From positions 1,166 to 65,165 of the forward strand of contig QHPY01000170.1 in the NCBI GenBank assembly GCA_003219215.1: 64,000 nucleotides of DNA, in the 5' to 3' direction. Below are positions 8,211 to 17,973 of this stretch, piece after piece; within the stretch, counting starts at the first letter, position 1, and the number at the start of each line of letters is the position of its first letter. The translations under genes and the position numbers were made by a program. A model generated the notes under the pieces. The model had not been told where the DNA came from and did not search any database. It was given only the letters and a program-made list of their open reading frames with translations. This stretch comes from Verrucomicrobiota bacterium (GTDB taxonomy: Bacteria > Verrucomicrobiota > Verrucomicrobiia > Chthoniobacterales > UBA10450).

Positions 8211-9536
8211 ATGTCCGCAATCGCTCATGACGAAACCGTAAACTCGAAAGGAATCCTTTCGGGTCTACTTGAGTTGCGCGATTTGCCGGACTGGTTTCGC
8301 GAACAACAGCATGCCGCGTGGGAAAAATTTGAATCGATCCCGCGACCAACGCGTAAAGATCAGCCGTGGCGGTTTTCCAATGTCGATCTGCTCGATCTCG
8401 CGCCGTTCAAACTTAGCGGCACCGTTTCTGATCAGGCCCGCGCTGCGATCCTCGAGCAATCCAATGGACTTGATGAAGTAGCCGCGCGCTTGGTTTTCGC
8501 GGGCGATCAACTTCTGGAACGAGATGTCGTTTCGGAACAGCTCAGCAAACGAGGCGTAATTTTCCAACCGCTCGAGCGCGCGATGGTTGAGCACGCCGAT
8601 TTGTTCCGAAAATATTTCATGTCAACCGAAGTGTCGCTCGGCTCGGCCAAGTTCGCGGCGCTTCATCAGGCACTCGTTTCAACTGGAACATTTCTTTTCG
8701 TGCCGCGCGGCGTTGAGATAGACCAGCCAATCGAGATCTTTCACTGGCTGGCCGGTGAGAACGCTACGGTTTTCCCGCATTTACTGCTGGTCACGGATGA
8801 GCTCGCCAAAGTGACGGTGATTGAACATTTCCGATCTTTGGATCGAAACCAACGCGGCTTCGCCTGCGGCGTCAACGATCTACTCGCCGGGCCCGGCGCC
8901 AAAGTCACTTACGTCTGCGCCCAAAACTGGGGCGACAACGTCGTTGCGCTGCAAATGAATACGACGGCGGTCGATCACGACGCCTCGGCCATGAGCTTGA
9001 ATCTAAATCTCGGCTCCAGATATTCGCGGTTCGAAAGTCTCAGCCGATTGGTTGGCGAAGGCGCACGGAGCGATCTGCTCGCGGTCGCGGTTGCCACGAA
9101 CGAGCAAGAATTCGACGCCCGCACCTTGCAGGATCACATCTCGCCGCACACCGCCAGCGACCTCCTTTACAAAAACGCGCTCGACGATCGCGCCCGTTGC
9201 ACATTTGGCGGCCTTATTCGCGTCGAACCGCACGCCCACTTCACCGATGCTTATCAAAAAGTTCGCAATCTCTTGCTGAGCGACGACTCCGAAGCGAACT
9301 CGATGCCGGGCTTGGAAATTCTGGCCGACAACGTCCGTTGCACCCACGGTGCCACCTCCGGCCAGATCAACGAAGAGGAAATGTTTTATCTCCGCTCCCG
9401 CGGCATTCCCGTTCCCGTTGCCCAACGTCTCATCGTCACCGGTTTTTTAAACGAAGTCGTCCAGCGCCTCGATCAGGCCGCAATCGCCGATTATTTGAAT
9501 CAGCTGATCGACCGAAAGTTTGCGCATAGCCGCTAG
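8211..9536 (+). CDS. sufD: Fe-S cluster assembly protein SufD
   Basis: SufB/SufD-family ORF directly after sufB. The ATG at 8211 (MSAIAHDE...) is preferred over the TTG at 8163, which lies inside the intergenic hairpin. Confidence 0.8.
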   Translation: MSAIAHDETVNSKGILSGLLELRDLPDWFREQQHAAWEKFESIPRPTRKDQPWRFSNVDLLDLAPFKLSGTVSDQARAAILEQSNGLDEVAARLVFAGDQLLERDVVSEQLSKRGVIFQPLERAMVEHADLFRKYFMSTEVSLGSAKFAALHQALVSTGTFLFVPRGVEIDQPIEIFHWLAGENATVFPHLLLVTDELAKVTVIEHFRSLDRNQRGFACGVNDLLAGPGAKVTYVCAQNWGDNVVALQMNTTAVDHDASAMSLNLNLGSRYSRFESLSRLVGEGARSDLLAVAVATNEQEFDARTLQDHISPHTASDLLYKNALDDRARCTFGGLIRVEPHAHFTDAYQKVRNLLLSDDSEANSMPGLEILADNVRCTHGATSGQINEEEMFYLRSRGIPVPVAQRLIVTGFLNEVVQRLDQAAIADYLNQLIDRKFAHSR

Positions 9537-9618
9537 CTCCCGACCTGTTGCCATTCTCCGAGAATTCCTTTGCATCGTTCCGCGGCGGCGGTGTATTTTG
9601 GTTCCCCTTTCGACCACC

Positions 9619-10068
9619 ATGGACGTAAGCGGACATATCGGCGCAATCCTTAATCAGAAGGACGGCAAGGTCTTCTCGATCGCGCCGGACGCGACCGTGT
9701 TCAAAGCGATCGAGATGATGGCGGACAAGAACGTCGGCGCGTTGGTGGTCATGAATGGCGAGAAGTTGGTCGGGATCATTTCCGAGCGCGATTACACTCG
9801 GAAAGTTTTTCTCCGCGGGAAATCGTCCAAGGAAACGCGCGTAGACGAGATTATGTCCGGCGATGTTACCACGACCAAGCCGCAGGAAGGTGTGGATGAA
9901 TGTTTGCGGTTGATGACCGAAAAACACATCCGTCACCTGCCGGTGGTCGATGGCGGCAAAGTGATCGGGATTATTTCCATCGGGGATTTGGTCAAGCACG
10001 TCATCTCTTGCCAAAGTGCCACCATCGCGCATCTGGAAAGCTACATCAGCGGTGGGTATTCCGGGTAA
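9619..10068 (+). CDS. CBS-pair domain protein
   Basis: Two CBS repeats (VFKAIEMMADKNVGALVVMNGEKLVGIISERD and CLRLMTEKHIRHLPVVDGGKVIGIISIGD). The ATG at 9619 is preferred over the longest ORF start at 9520, which overlaps sufD. Confidence 0.8.
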   Translation: MDVSGHIGAILNQKDGKVFSIAPDATVFKAIEMMADKNVGALVVMNGEKLVGIISERDYTRKVFLRGKSSKETRVDEIMSGDVTTTKPQEGVDECLRLMTEKHIRHLPVVDGGKVIGIISIGDLVKHVISCQSATIAHLESYISGGYSG

Positions 10069-10099
10069 TGCTTTAGACTGCCACTAGAGAGGGCGGCAG

Positions 10100-11377
10100 C
10101 TACAACCGCCAGACTGTCTTTCCACCGACGATCGTTCGCACGGCACGCCCTCTCAATTTCCAGCTGCCAAACGGCGAATTGCGCGATGCGGATTCAAACT
10201 TGTCGATCTTAACAGTCCATTCTAAATCCGGATCGATCAACGTGACATCGGCCGGCGCGCCGACTGACAATGTTCCAGCGTCGAGCTTGAGCAATTTCGC
10301 AGGCTCAACTGTGTACATCTCGATCAAACGGACGATGTCGATCTTGCGATGCTTGTGGACGAGTTGATCGATGAAAATCCCAAGCTCCGTTTCCAGACCG
10401 ACAATTCCAAATGGTGCCTGATCGAATTCGACTTCTTTTTCGAACTCAGCGTGCGGCGCATGATCTGAGCATAAGATCGACAATGTGCCGTCGGCAATTC
10501 CTTCCAAGATTACATCGACATCCTCTTTCGATCGCAACGGCGGATTCATTTTGTAATTCGTGTCGAAATTTTGAATCGCTTCATCTGTCAGCGCGATGTG
10601 GTGCGGGCAGACTTCGCCGCTAATTTTCACGCCTCGTGCGCGCGCTTCGCGGAGCAAATGCACACTTCCAGCCGCGCTGATGTGCTGGCAATGAATGCGA
10701 TGGTCGCAAAGTTCGGCCAGCAAAATATTCCGCATCACAATCGCCTCTTCGCCCGCGGCCGGCCATCCGGGCAAACCGAGCAGCGTGCTCCAGTAACCTT
10801 CGTTCACGACGCCGTTACCGACCAAATTGTAATCCTGACAATGATCAAGCACTGGCAATCCAACCATACGCGCGTACTCGACCGCGCGCCGCATCAATTC
10901 ATGATTTTGCACACAATGACCATCGTCAGTGATCGCGACCACGCCGGCCTGGCCTAACGAACCGATCGGCGCGAGTTCTTCGCCCGCAATATTTTTCGAG
11001 ATCGCGCCGGTCGGCAAAACATTGACGCATGCAGTAACGGCAGCGCGGTCGTTGACCCAGGCGATCGTGGCCGGATTATCCGCCGCCGGTGAAGTGTTCG
11101 GCATGCAAACGATCGTCGTGAATCCTCCTGCAGCCGCCGCGCGCGCACCCGATTCAATCGTTTCTTTGTGACTGAACCCCGGCTCGCGCAGGTGCACGTG
11201 CATGTCGATCAATCCGGGCGCAACGATCAATCCCTCCGCGTCGACCGTTTCCGCCTTCTGATCTTTGATGGCGGATTGCTCGGCGATTTTTCCATCCACA
11301 ATCGCAAGATCGAGAACCTCATCTCGCTTATTCGCGGGATCGATCACGCGGCCGCTGCGAATAAGGGTCGCGCTCAT
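10100..11377 (-). CDS. pyrC: Dihydroorotase
   Basis: Amidohydrolase metal motifs [10 protein letters not shown] and CSDHAPH, 425 aa. There is a 4-nt overlap with pyrB upstream. Confidence 0.9.
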   Translation of the reverse strand: MSATLIRSGRVIDPANKRDEVLDLAIVDGKIAEQSAIKDQKAETVDAEGLIVAPGLIDMHVHLREPGFSHKETIESGARAAAAGGFTTIVCMPNTSPAADNPATIAWVNDRAAVTACVNVLPTGAISKNIAGEELAPIGSLGQAGVVAITDDGHCVQNHELMRRAVEYARMVGLPVLDHCQDYNLVGNGVVNEGYWSTLLGLPGWPAAGEEAIVMRNILLAELCDHRIHCQHISAAGSVHLLREARARGVKISGEVCPHHIALTDEAIQNFDTNYKMNPPLRSKEDVDVILEGIADGTLSILCSDHAPHAEFEKEVEFDQAPFGIVGLETELGIFIDQLVHKHRKIDIVRLIEMYTVEPAKLLKLDAGTLSVGAPADVTLIDPDLEWTVKIDKFESASRNSPFGSWKLRGRAVRTIVGGKTVWRL

Positions 11378-12303
11378 GTAGCGATTCCCCCGCAGAGATA
11401 AAGAACGGCCATGCGGACGGCGAGGCCGTTCGTGACTTGATCGAGAATGACGCTCTGCAAGCCGTCGGCGACTTCGCTATCGATCTCGACACCGCGATTG
11501 ATTGGTCCCGGATGCATGACCAGGCAATCGGGCTTCAATAGTTTCGCGCGTTCTTTCGTCAGGCCGAAGAGCGTGGTGTATTCGCCGATCCCGGGAAAAT
11601 ATTCTTTGCGCTGACGCTCATGTTGGATGCGCAAAAGATTTACCACGTCTGCAGTTGGGAGCACGTCGTCGATCTTGTACGAAACGGTGACGCCGAGTTT
11701 TTCGAACTCGCGCGGAACGAGCGTGCTTGGTCCGACCAGCGTGACCCGCGCGCCAAGTTTAGTCAGGGCGAAAATGTTCGAGCGCGCGACCCGACTGAAC
11801 AAAATGTCGCCGACGATGACGATGTGCAGTTTGTCGATCTTTCCGCGTCTCTCGCGGATGGTGTAGACATCGAGCAGTCCTTGAGTTGGGTGTTCGTGCG
11901 CGCCGTCGCCGGCGTTGATCACGCTCGATTTTAATCGTTGCGCGAGAAATTGCGGTGCGCCCGCTGAGCTGTGCCGCAAGACCAGAATGTCGGCGTGCAA
12001 AGCTTCGAGATTTCGCGCTGTGTCTTTAAGCGTCTCGCCTTTGGTCAGGCTAGAGGTGGTTACCGAAATATTGATCACGTCTGCGCTGAGGCGATGCGCT
12101 GCCAGTTCGAACGAAGTTCGCGTGCGCGTGCTCGGCTCGACGAAAAAGTTGACCATGGTTTTGCCGCGAAGTGCCGGAACTTTCTTGATCTCGCGGGTGC
12201 CGACTTGTTTGAAGGCATCTGCGGTTTCGAGAATGAAATTAATTTCCTCCGGGGAAAGTTCGCGCAGCCCGAGCAAATCTTTGCGGTTCCAATTCGTGCT
12301 CAT
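11374..12303 (-). CDS. pyrB: Aspartate carbamoyltransferase catalytic subunit
   Basis: ATCase motifs [13 protein letters not shown] and HPGP, 309 aa. It overlaps pyrR and pyrC by 4 nt on each side. Confidence 0.9.
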   Translation of the reverse strand: MSTNWNRKDLLGLRELSPEEINFILETADAFKQVGTREIKKVPALRGKTMVNFFVEPSTRTRTSFELAAHRLSADVINISVTTSSLTKGETLKDTARNLEALHADILVLRHSSAGAPQFLAQRLKSSVINAGDGAHEHPTQGLLDVYTIRERRGKIDKLHIVIVGDILFSRVARSNIFALTKLGARVTLVGPSTLVPREFEKLGVTVSYKIDDVLPTADVVNLLRIQHERQRKEYFPGIGEYTTLFGLTKERAKLLKPDCLVMHPGPINRGVEIDSEVADGLQSVILDQVTNGLAVRMAVLYLCGGIAT

Positions 12304-12854
12304 TCTTTAAACAACCAGACGGCGTCCGGCTCGTTGTCGACGTTTTGGAGACGGACCTGAATTTGTTCGCGCGTTGCCGTCGGTAAATTTTTGCCAACGT
12401 AATCGGCACGGATCGGTAATTCCCGATGGCCGCGGTCAACGAGCGCGGCGAGTTGAACGCGCGCCGGCCGGCCGAAGGAACTGATCGCGTCCATGGCTGC
12501 GCGCGCGGTCCGACCGGTGAAAAGAACATCGTCGACAATGATGACGGTGCGATGCTCGAGCGGTAGCGGCAGTTTCGATGCGTGCACCACCGGCAGCTCG
12601 GCGCGCGTGCCGACATCATCGCGATGCATCGCGACGTCGATTGTCCCCGTCTCGATGTCGATCTTCGCGACCTCGCGAATGAATTCCGCGAGCCGGCGAG
12701 CGATTTCCACGCCGCGCAACGGAATGCCGGCGAGCACGACCGATCTCAAATCGGCATTTTGCTCAATAATTTCGTGCGCGATCCGTCGCAGCGCGCGCCG
12801 GATCGCTTCCGCGTCCATGATTGGGACGCCAGGATTCTGTTCGGTGTCTTTCAT
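12300..12854 (-). CDS. pyrR: Bifunctional pyr operon regulator / uracil phosphoribosyltransferase PyrR
   Basis: 184 aa with the PRPP-binding loop [17 protein letters not shown]. It is the first gene of the pyrR-pyrB-pyrC arrangement. Confidence 0.85.
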   Translation of the reverse strand: MKDTEQNPGVPIMDAEAIRRALRRIAHEIIEQNADLRSVVLAGIPLRGVEIARRLAEFIREVAKIDIETGTIDVAMHRDDVGTRAELPVVHASKLPLPLEHRTVIIVDDVLFTGRTARAAMDAISSFGRPARVQLAALVDRGHRELPIRADYVGKNLPTATREQIQVRLQNVDNEPDAVWLFKE

Positions 12855-12865
12855 TTGCTTCCTTG

Positions 12866-12883
12866 GCGACCTCGCAGGATCGC
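12866..12883 (-). promoter_or_regulatory. Candidate PyrR-binding RNA stem-loop just 5' of the pyrR RBS
   Basis: The minus-strand RNA reads GCGA-UCCUGCGAGG-UCGC, then CAAGGAAGCAAA-AUG. The loop matches 8 of 10 positions of the UCCAGAGAGG core I recall for PyrR binding loops. It sits 11 nt upstream of the start codon, next to the AAGGAAG Shine-Dalgarno-like sequence. Confidence 0.35.
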
Positions 12884-12900
12884 TTTAAAGGAGCTAAAAA

Positions 12901-13152
12901 TCAGGAGGCTGCCTTTTCCGTGCGAGCCTCCTTCATTCGCCGCTCCCGCCAATGGGAGCGATGTTTCACGATCCAGTCGAGGAGCGCCTTTTCAAAGCCG
13001 ATGTCTTTGCCGGCTTTTTCGCTCTCGATCCATTTATGCTTCAAAATCTCTTCGCGCTCGGCTAGGAACTCTTTGTAGAGAACGGAGTTCTTAACAAACT
13101 GCGACTTGTCTTTCTCGGCCTCGGCAACCGGCATGTCCACAGCTTTTTCCAT
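12901..13152 (-). CDS. Small conserved hypothetical protein (HKWIESEKAGKDIG motif)
   Basis: 83-aa charged ORF with clean protein-like composition. The motif ILKHKWIESEKAGKDIGFEKALLDWI resembles an element I recall from DUF4032-type proteins; that family attribution is uncertain. Confidence 0.5.
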   Translation of the reverse strand: MEKAVDMPVAEAEKDKSQFVKNSVLYKEFLAEREEILKHKWIESEKAGKDIGFEKALLDWIVKHRSHWRERRMKEARTEKAAS

Positions 13153-13245
13153 AAAAGCGAGAATCAGTCAATAGAAAGTGAATAACTCGTTCGCAAGTAT
13201 GACGTAGCATCAGCCATACCTATTTAAATTACGGTGCAGAATTCG

Positions 13246-14286
13246 TTAAGCCAGCGCCTCGCGGATACGGCGCGCAATCTTCATAAATTCCACCGCGACA
13301 GGAGACTGTCGATCTTGCGCGACGATCGGTTCCCCGCGGTCGCCAGCTTCGCGGATGACAATGTCGATCGGGATTTGGCCAAGGAGCGGCACTCGGAGCC
13401 GCTTGGCTTCGCGCTCGCCACCGCCGCTGCCGAAAATGTCGTGTCGCTTGTTATCGGACGGTGAAACGAAGTAGCTCATGTTTTCCACCAATCCGAGCAC
13501 CGGCACATTTACTTTCTCAAACATGGTCGCGGCCTTGCGCGCATCGATGAGCGCAACCTCCTGCGGCGTGGTGACGATGATTGCGCCGGAAAGCGCGACC
13601 GTTTGCACGATCGTCAGCTGAATGTCGCCGGTGCCTGGCGGCAGATCGAGAACCAGGAAATCGAGTTCCCCCCAGTCCACTTGCCGCAAAAACTGCTGGG
13701 TGTAACGGGTTACCATCGGTCCGCGCAAAATTGCCGGCGAGGCGTCGTCCAGGAGAAAGCCCATCGACATCAGTTTGAGGTGGTACTGCTCGATCGGGAC
13801 GATTTTGTTTTCATCAGTGGCAGTTGGCCGCTCACGCGTGCCGAACATGAGTGAAATACTCGGACCGTAAATATCGCAGTCGCACAAACCGACACGCGCT
13901 TCGGTATGTTCGAGCGCGACCGCAAGATTTGCCGCGACGGTAGATTTGCCGACGCCGCCTTTACCGCTCGCTATTGCGATGACGTGTTTAATTCCCGGAA
14001 TTCGGGCGGCGCCGACTCCCCCGCCGGCGCCCGCCGGTGAAGCGTGGATGTCGATCAAAACTTTTGCGCTGTGAACACCATTGAGCTGGCGCAAGATTTT
14101 CTCGGCATCGTTTTTTATCGTCGCGGGAATATTAGGGTCGTTGGTAACAAGCGCGAGCTGCACTTTGACTTCGCCGTCGTGGATCTGCACATCTTTGACA
14201 AGACCGAACGACACGATGTCGCGGCTAAATCCAGGATATCGGACTGACCGCAGCGCTTCACGGACTTGTTCCTGAGAAATCGACAC
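13246..14286 (-). CDS. Mrp/NBP35-family Fe-S cluster carrier ATPase (ApbC-like)
   Basis: N-terminal DUF59-like domain (VREALRSVRYPGFSRDIVSFGLV), deviant Walker A IASGKGGVGKSTVAANLA and a ParA-type core. Confidence 0.85.
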   Translation of the reverse strand: MSISQEQVREALRSVRYPGFSRDIVSFGLVKDVQIHDGEVKVQLALVTNDPNIPATIKNDAEKILRQLNGVHSAKVLIDIHASPAGAGGGVGAARIPGIKHVIAIASGKGGVGKSTVAANLAVALEHTEARVGLCDCDIYGPSISLMFGTRERPTATDENKIVPIEQYHLKLMSMGFLLDDASPAILRGPMVTRYTQQFLRQVDWGELDFLVLDLPPGTGDIQLTIVQTVALSGAIIVTTPQEVALIDARKAATMFEKVNVPVLGLVENMSYFVSPSDNKRHDIFGSGGGEREAKRLRVPLLGQIPIDIVIREAGDRGEPIVAQDRQSPVAVEFMKIARRIREALA

Positions 14287-14378
14287 GTCTGGAAACTTAG
14301 GCCGCTGGCGTGGCCAGTAAAGATGCAGCGGAACCTTCTTTGCTTGAAAGATTCACGCATTCCAGAGAGCATCGCGGC

Positions 14379-14771
14379 ATGAAGAAACAAGTCTCTTTCC
14401 AAATTGTTCTTGCTGCGACGGCGATCGCTCTTTTGGCCGGCTGCGCCATGTTTCAAAGGGGCGGACAATCTGCGCTGGTCGGTAACTGGACAAATTCTTT
14501 CGGGACCGTCTGGGCGATCCGCGCCGACGGCACGTTCGACGTCGATCTTAAGCACCATGGAAGACGTGATGCTTGGGGGACGTACACGGTGCAGGGCGAT
14601 CAGGCCACGTTCCAACGCACTGGCGGAGTAAAACCCAAAGGCTGCGAAGGACCGGGCGTTTACAAATTCAATCGAACAGACGACACGCTGCAGTTCACCT
14701 TGGTGAGCGATAAGTGCAAGCTGCGCGAGAAAAACGTGCTTCAGCCCTGGACGCCTTGGAAAAAGAAATAA
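14379..14771 (+). CDS. Lipoprotein, hypothetical
   Basis: MKKQVSFQIVLAATAIALLAGC is a signal peptide with an LAGC lipobox. The ATG at 14379 is preferred over 14310. Confidence 0.6.
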   Translation: MKKQVSFQIVLAATAIALLAGCAMFQRGGQSALVGNWTNSFGTVWAIRADGTFDVDLKHHGRRDAWGTYTVQGDQATFQRTGGVKPKGCEGPGVYKFNRTDDTLQFTLVSDKCKLREKNVLQPWTPWKKK

Positions 14772-14834
14772 CTTCCCCGCTTTAACAGCGCGGCCGCAAT
14801 CGGATCACGCGCCACAAAATGTCGATCTTGTGAA

Positions 14835-15518
14835 TTACTTCTTCACGCCGTTGGGAAAGAAAATCCGTTCGCGCTCGATGTCGGCACCGCGACTGTAAAA
14901 AAACTGCCGCAGCTCGGGAGTAAGATAATCGCCGTTTGGCAGTGGATTGAGTGTCAGATATATTTTGCCGCCAGGCGCGAGACGCCGCTGCAAATCGCGG
15001 AGAAGAAACTCCCATTCGCCCGGTCCCCAGCGCAAGTTCGTCCCGCGATATCGGTCAAAGCCAATCGAAAATGCGGTGATCCAGTCGAACTGTTGGTGAA
15101 GATTCGGGAGCGACTCGAACGGTTGGATTCTGAAAACAGTGCGCGGCACACCAAAGACTTCGAGCAGTTCCTTAAAAAGCGGCGATTCGTCAACGTCGAG
15201 ACCAAGAACGGAATGATTGAACCGTTTCAGAATGAACAAAAAAAAGCCGCCGCCGCAGCCGAGATCGAAGACCCGCAGCGGCGGGCAGCGATGAAGTTTC
15301 AAATCCTGGACCCGCTCGCGATTGACCCGCAACCATTGATCGACGTCGGCATATTTAGCGCCGGCGTAATGTTTCTGGATTTCGACGAGCCGGTCTTGAT
15401 CGATGCTGACGAGGACCGGCCCAAACGGCAGCCGAAAAACGGAACGCTGCGCCCTGCGCCAGCCACGCCAATAAGTTTCCGGACGAGTCAACTTGGCCAG
15501 CTTTCGATGCAACTTCAT
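14835..15518 (-). CDS. Class I SAM-dependent methyltransferase
   Basis: Motif I VFDLGCGGGFFLFIL followed by VLGLDV. There is a 4-nt overlap with the pyrD stop. Confidence 0.65.
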   Translation of the reverse strand: MKLHRKLAKLTRPETYWRGWRRAQRSVFRLPFGPVLVSIDQDRLVEIQKHYAGAKYADVDQWLRVNRERVQDLKLHRCPPLRVFDLGCGGGFFLFILKRFNHSVLGLDVDESPLFKELLEVFGVPRTVFRIQPFESLPNLHQQFDWITAFSIGFDRYRGTNLRWGPGEWEFLLRDLQRRLAPGGKIYLTLNPLPNGDYLTPELRQFFYSRGADIERERIFFPNGVKK

Positions 15519-16528
15519 TTGATCGCCCCCGCGATTTCGCGCAGCAATCCGGGTCCGCGATAGATCAAGCCAGTGTAAATCTGCAGAAGTTGGGCGCCGG
15601 CTTCGATCTTTTCGCGCGCGGAACTGGCGTCCGTGATTCCGCCGGACGCGATAACAGGGATTGTTGATTTTGCGGCGATCGCGCGGACAAGCGCACTGGA
15701 TTTGTCCCGCAGTGGCACGCCGCTCAATCCGCCTTGCTCGTCTTGCGCAGTTGGAATCGACGAATGATCCATGGTTGTATTCGTGGCAATAATCGCGGCG
15801 ACCTTGTTTGCTTCACATGTTGAGACAATCTGCTCCAGCTCTTCCGGCGCCAAGTCCGGTGCAATTTTCACAACAATAGGCTTACGGGTTATCAGATTTT
15901 TTTTCCCGATGGCCGAGAGTAATTCGGAAAGCGCATCCAGTCCCTGCAGCTCGCGCAACCCCGGCGTATTTGGCGAACTGACATTGAGCACAATATAATC
16001 GGCAAATTCGCGCAGAAGCCGGAACGAATAGAGATAATCTTCACTCGCCTCCGTTAGCGGTGTGTTCATCGATTTTCCAATGTTGATTCCAATCGGCACG
16101 TCTGGCCAACGGCCGCTGCGATGCAATTTGGTGAGTCGGTGTGCGATCGTGTCGGCGCCGTCGTTGTTGAAGCCGAGTCGGTTGATTAACGCGTCATCTT
16201 CCGGGAGACGAAAGATCCGCGGCTTTGGATTACCAGGTTGAGCTTTCGCAGTGACCGTGCCGATTTCAATGAAACCAAAGCCAAGCGCAGCCCAGGCCGG
16301 CAGTGCTACGCCATTCTTGTCCAGACCGGCGGCAAGACCAATTGGATTTGGGAAATTCAAACCGAAAAGTTTTTTCGGTTTTGCCGGTGGTTGAAAAACG
16401 CTCAACGCGCGCAGGGCAAGATTGACATGTGAGGCGGCGCGCAAACTCCCGATTGTGAGGCGGTGCGCGGTTTCGGGATCAATTGAAAAAAGCAGCGGCC
16501 TAACGAATCGCTCGTAGGCGTTCTTCAT
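15515..16528 (-). CDS. pyrD: Dihydroorotate dehydrogenase (quinone), class 2
   Basis: Motifs FIEIGTVT, LGFNNDG, NVSSPNTPGLR, KIAPDL, IATNTT, GGLSG and ASGGI. The ATG at 16528 forms an ATGA overlap with the mnmE stop; the longest ORF starts at 16540. Confidence 0.9.
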   Translation of the reverse strand: MKNAYERFVRPLLFSIDPETAHRLTIGSLRAASHVNLALRALSVFQPPAKPKKLFGLNFPNPIGLAAGLDKNGVALPAWAALGFGFIEIGTVTAKAQPGNPKPRIFRLPEDDALINRLGFNNDGADTIAHRLTKLHRSGRWPDVPIGINIGKSMNTPLTEASEDYLYSFRLLREFADYIVLNVSSPNTPGLRELQGLDALSELLSAIGKKNLITRKPIVVKIAPDLAPEELEQIVSTCEANKVAAIIATNTTMDHSSIPTAQDEQGGLSGVPLRDKSSALVRAIAAKSTIPVIASGGITDASSAREKIEAGAQLLQIYTGLIYRGPGLLREIAGAIK

Positions 16529-17973
16529 TTGCCGATGCAAAATTGGCCAAACACGGAATCCAGAATTTGTTCAACGCCGGCCGTGCCGATCACTTCACCC
16601 ACTGCCCCCAGCGCCTCATTAAGATCAACTGACAGGTACTCAGGTGAGAATGTCTCGTCGAAGCTCTTTCGCGCGCGATCGCACGCTTCCAGAGCGCGGC
16701 GCAAGCAATCGCGATGACGCGTGTTGATGGCGAGCGCGTTTTCCGGCCGTAAATTTTGTTTGCTGATCCGCGAAAGAATTTCGTTCTCAAGATCCGCCAA
16801 GCCGTCGCCGGTTACGCAAGAAATCCGAAGCGCATTGTTGTTTTTCCATTCCGGATGTTCGGCTAAGTCGCTCTTGTTCAGGACGAGGATTTCGTTCCCA
16901 TCCACGGTCTGCGCGAACTGCTCCGGAGGCGCCGTGGTTCGATCGACAATGTGCAGACGCAAGTCAGCTTTTTGTAGCGAATGCTCGGTGCGTGCAATTC
17001 CCTCGCGTTCGATATCGGATGTCGATGCTCGAAGGCCGGCAGTATCTAGCAAACGAACGGGCACCCCGCGCAAATTGACGGTTTCTTCGATGGTATCACG
17101 TGTTGTGCCGTGAGTGTCGCTCACGATCACTCGTTCGTAGCCGAGGAGGCGATTGAGCAGGCTGGATTTACCAGCGTTCGTCGGTCCATAGATCACGACG
17201 CGAACGCCGTCGCGCAAAATGCGGCCGTGATCGGCAGTTGCAAGAAGCGCGGCAATTTGTGCGCGAACTGAGTCGAGTCGCGCGCGCAGAGTGTCACCTT
17301 CGTCGGGTGCGATTCCTTCCTCTGAAAAATCGATTGCGGCTTCGAGATGGGCGAGAAGATCGAGCAGGTCGCCGCGAATATTTGCGATTTTTTCCCCAAG
17401 CTTGCCCTCGAGCTGTTCCGTGGCCGAGCGCAGTGCCAGATCGGTGCGAGCGCGAATCAAATCGATCACGGCTTCTGCTTGGGTCAGGTCCATTTTGCCG
17501 TTCAGAAAAGCGCGCTCGGTAAATTCTCCCGGACGCGCGGCACGCGCACCCGCGCGCAAACAAGCTTCAAGAATTTTCGCCGTCACCAATGTTCCACCAT
17601 GGCAACTAATCTCGACCAGATCCTCGCCGGTGTAACTGGCCGGCGCGCGATGGATCGACATCATCACTTGGTCGATCAAGTTTCCTGATTCGCTGACGAC
17701 CTCGCCCAAATGCTGAAGGCGAGAGGCAAATTTCGCAGGCGCTTCTTTGCCGCGAAAAATCTTGCCCCCGATTGAAATCGCATTCGGACCGGAGATTCGC
17801 ACCAGGGCGATGGCGCCTTCGCCGGCGGGCGTCGAGATCGCCGCGATTGTTTCGGCGCCGATCACTTCCGGATCGCCTGCGGCCGAAGATCCCGATCCTA
17901 GGAGAGCAGTTTCTTCAACGCTGCGATGCATTTTTCGTTTTGCTCCATTGTTCCCACGGTGATGCGCAACCAC
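16525..17973 (-). CDS. mnmE: tRNA modification GTPase MnmE
   Basis: G motifs GPTNAGKSSLLN, DTAG and NKSD, and the C-terminal FCIGK tetrapeptide. The longest ORF overlaps the hisC 3' end by 76 nt, so the true start is probably internal, for example the GTG at 17865 just before IGAETIAAISTPAGEGAI. Confidence 0.85.
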   Translation of the reverse strand: MVAHHRGNNGAKRKMHRSVEETALLGSGSSAAGDPEVIGAETIAAISTPAGEGAIALVRISGPNAISIGGKIFRGKEAPAKFASRLQHLGEVVSESGNLIDQVMMSIHRAPASYTGEDLVEISCHGGTLVTAKILEACLRAGARAARPGEFTERAFLNGKMDLTQAEAVIDLIRARTDLALRSATEQLEGKLGEKIANIRGDLLDLLAHLEAAIDFSEEGIAPDEGDTLRARLDSVRAQIAALLATADHGRILRDGVRVVIYGPTNAGKSSLLNRLLGYERVIVSDTHGTTRDTIEETVNLRGVPVRLLDTAGLRASTSDIEREGIARTEHSLQKADLRLHIVDRTTAPPEQFAQTVDGNEILVLNKSDLAEHPEWKNNNALRISCVTGDGLADLENEILSRISKQNLRPENALAINTRHRDCLRRALEACDRARKSFDETFSPEYLSVDLNEALGAVGEVIGTAGVEQILDSVFGQFCIGK

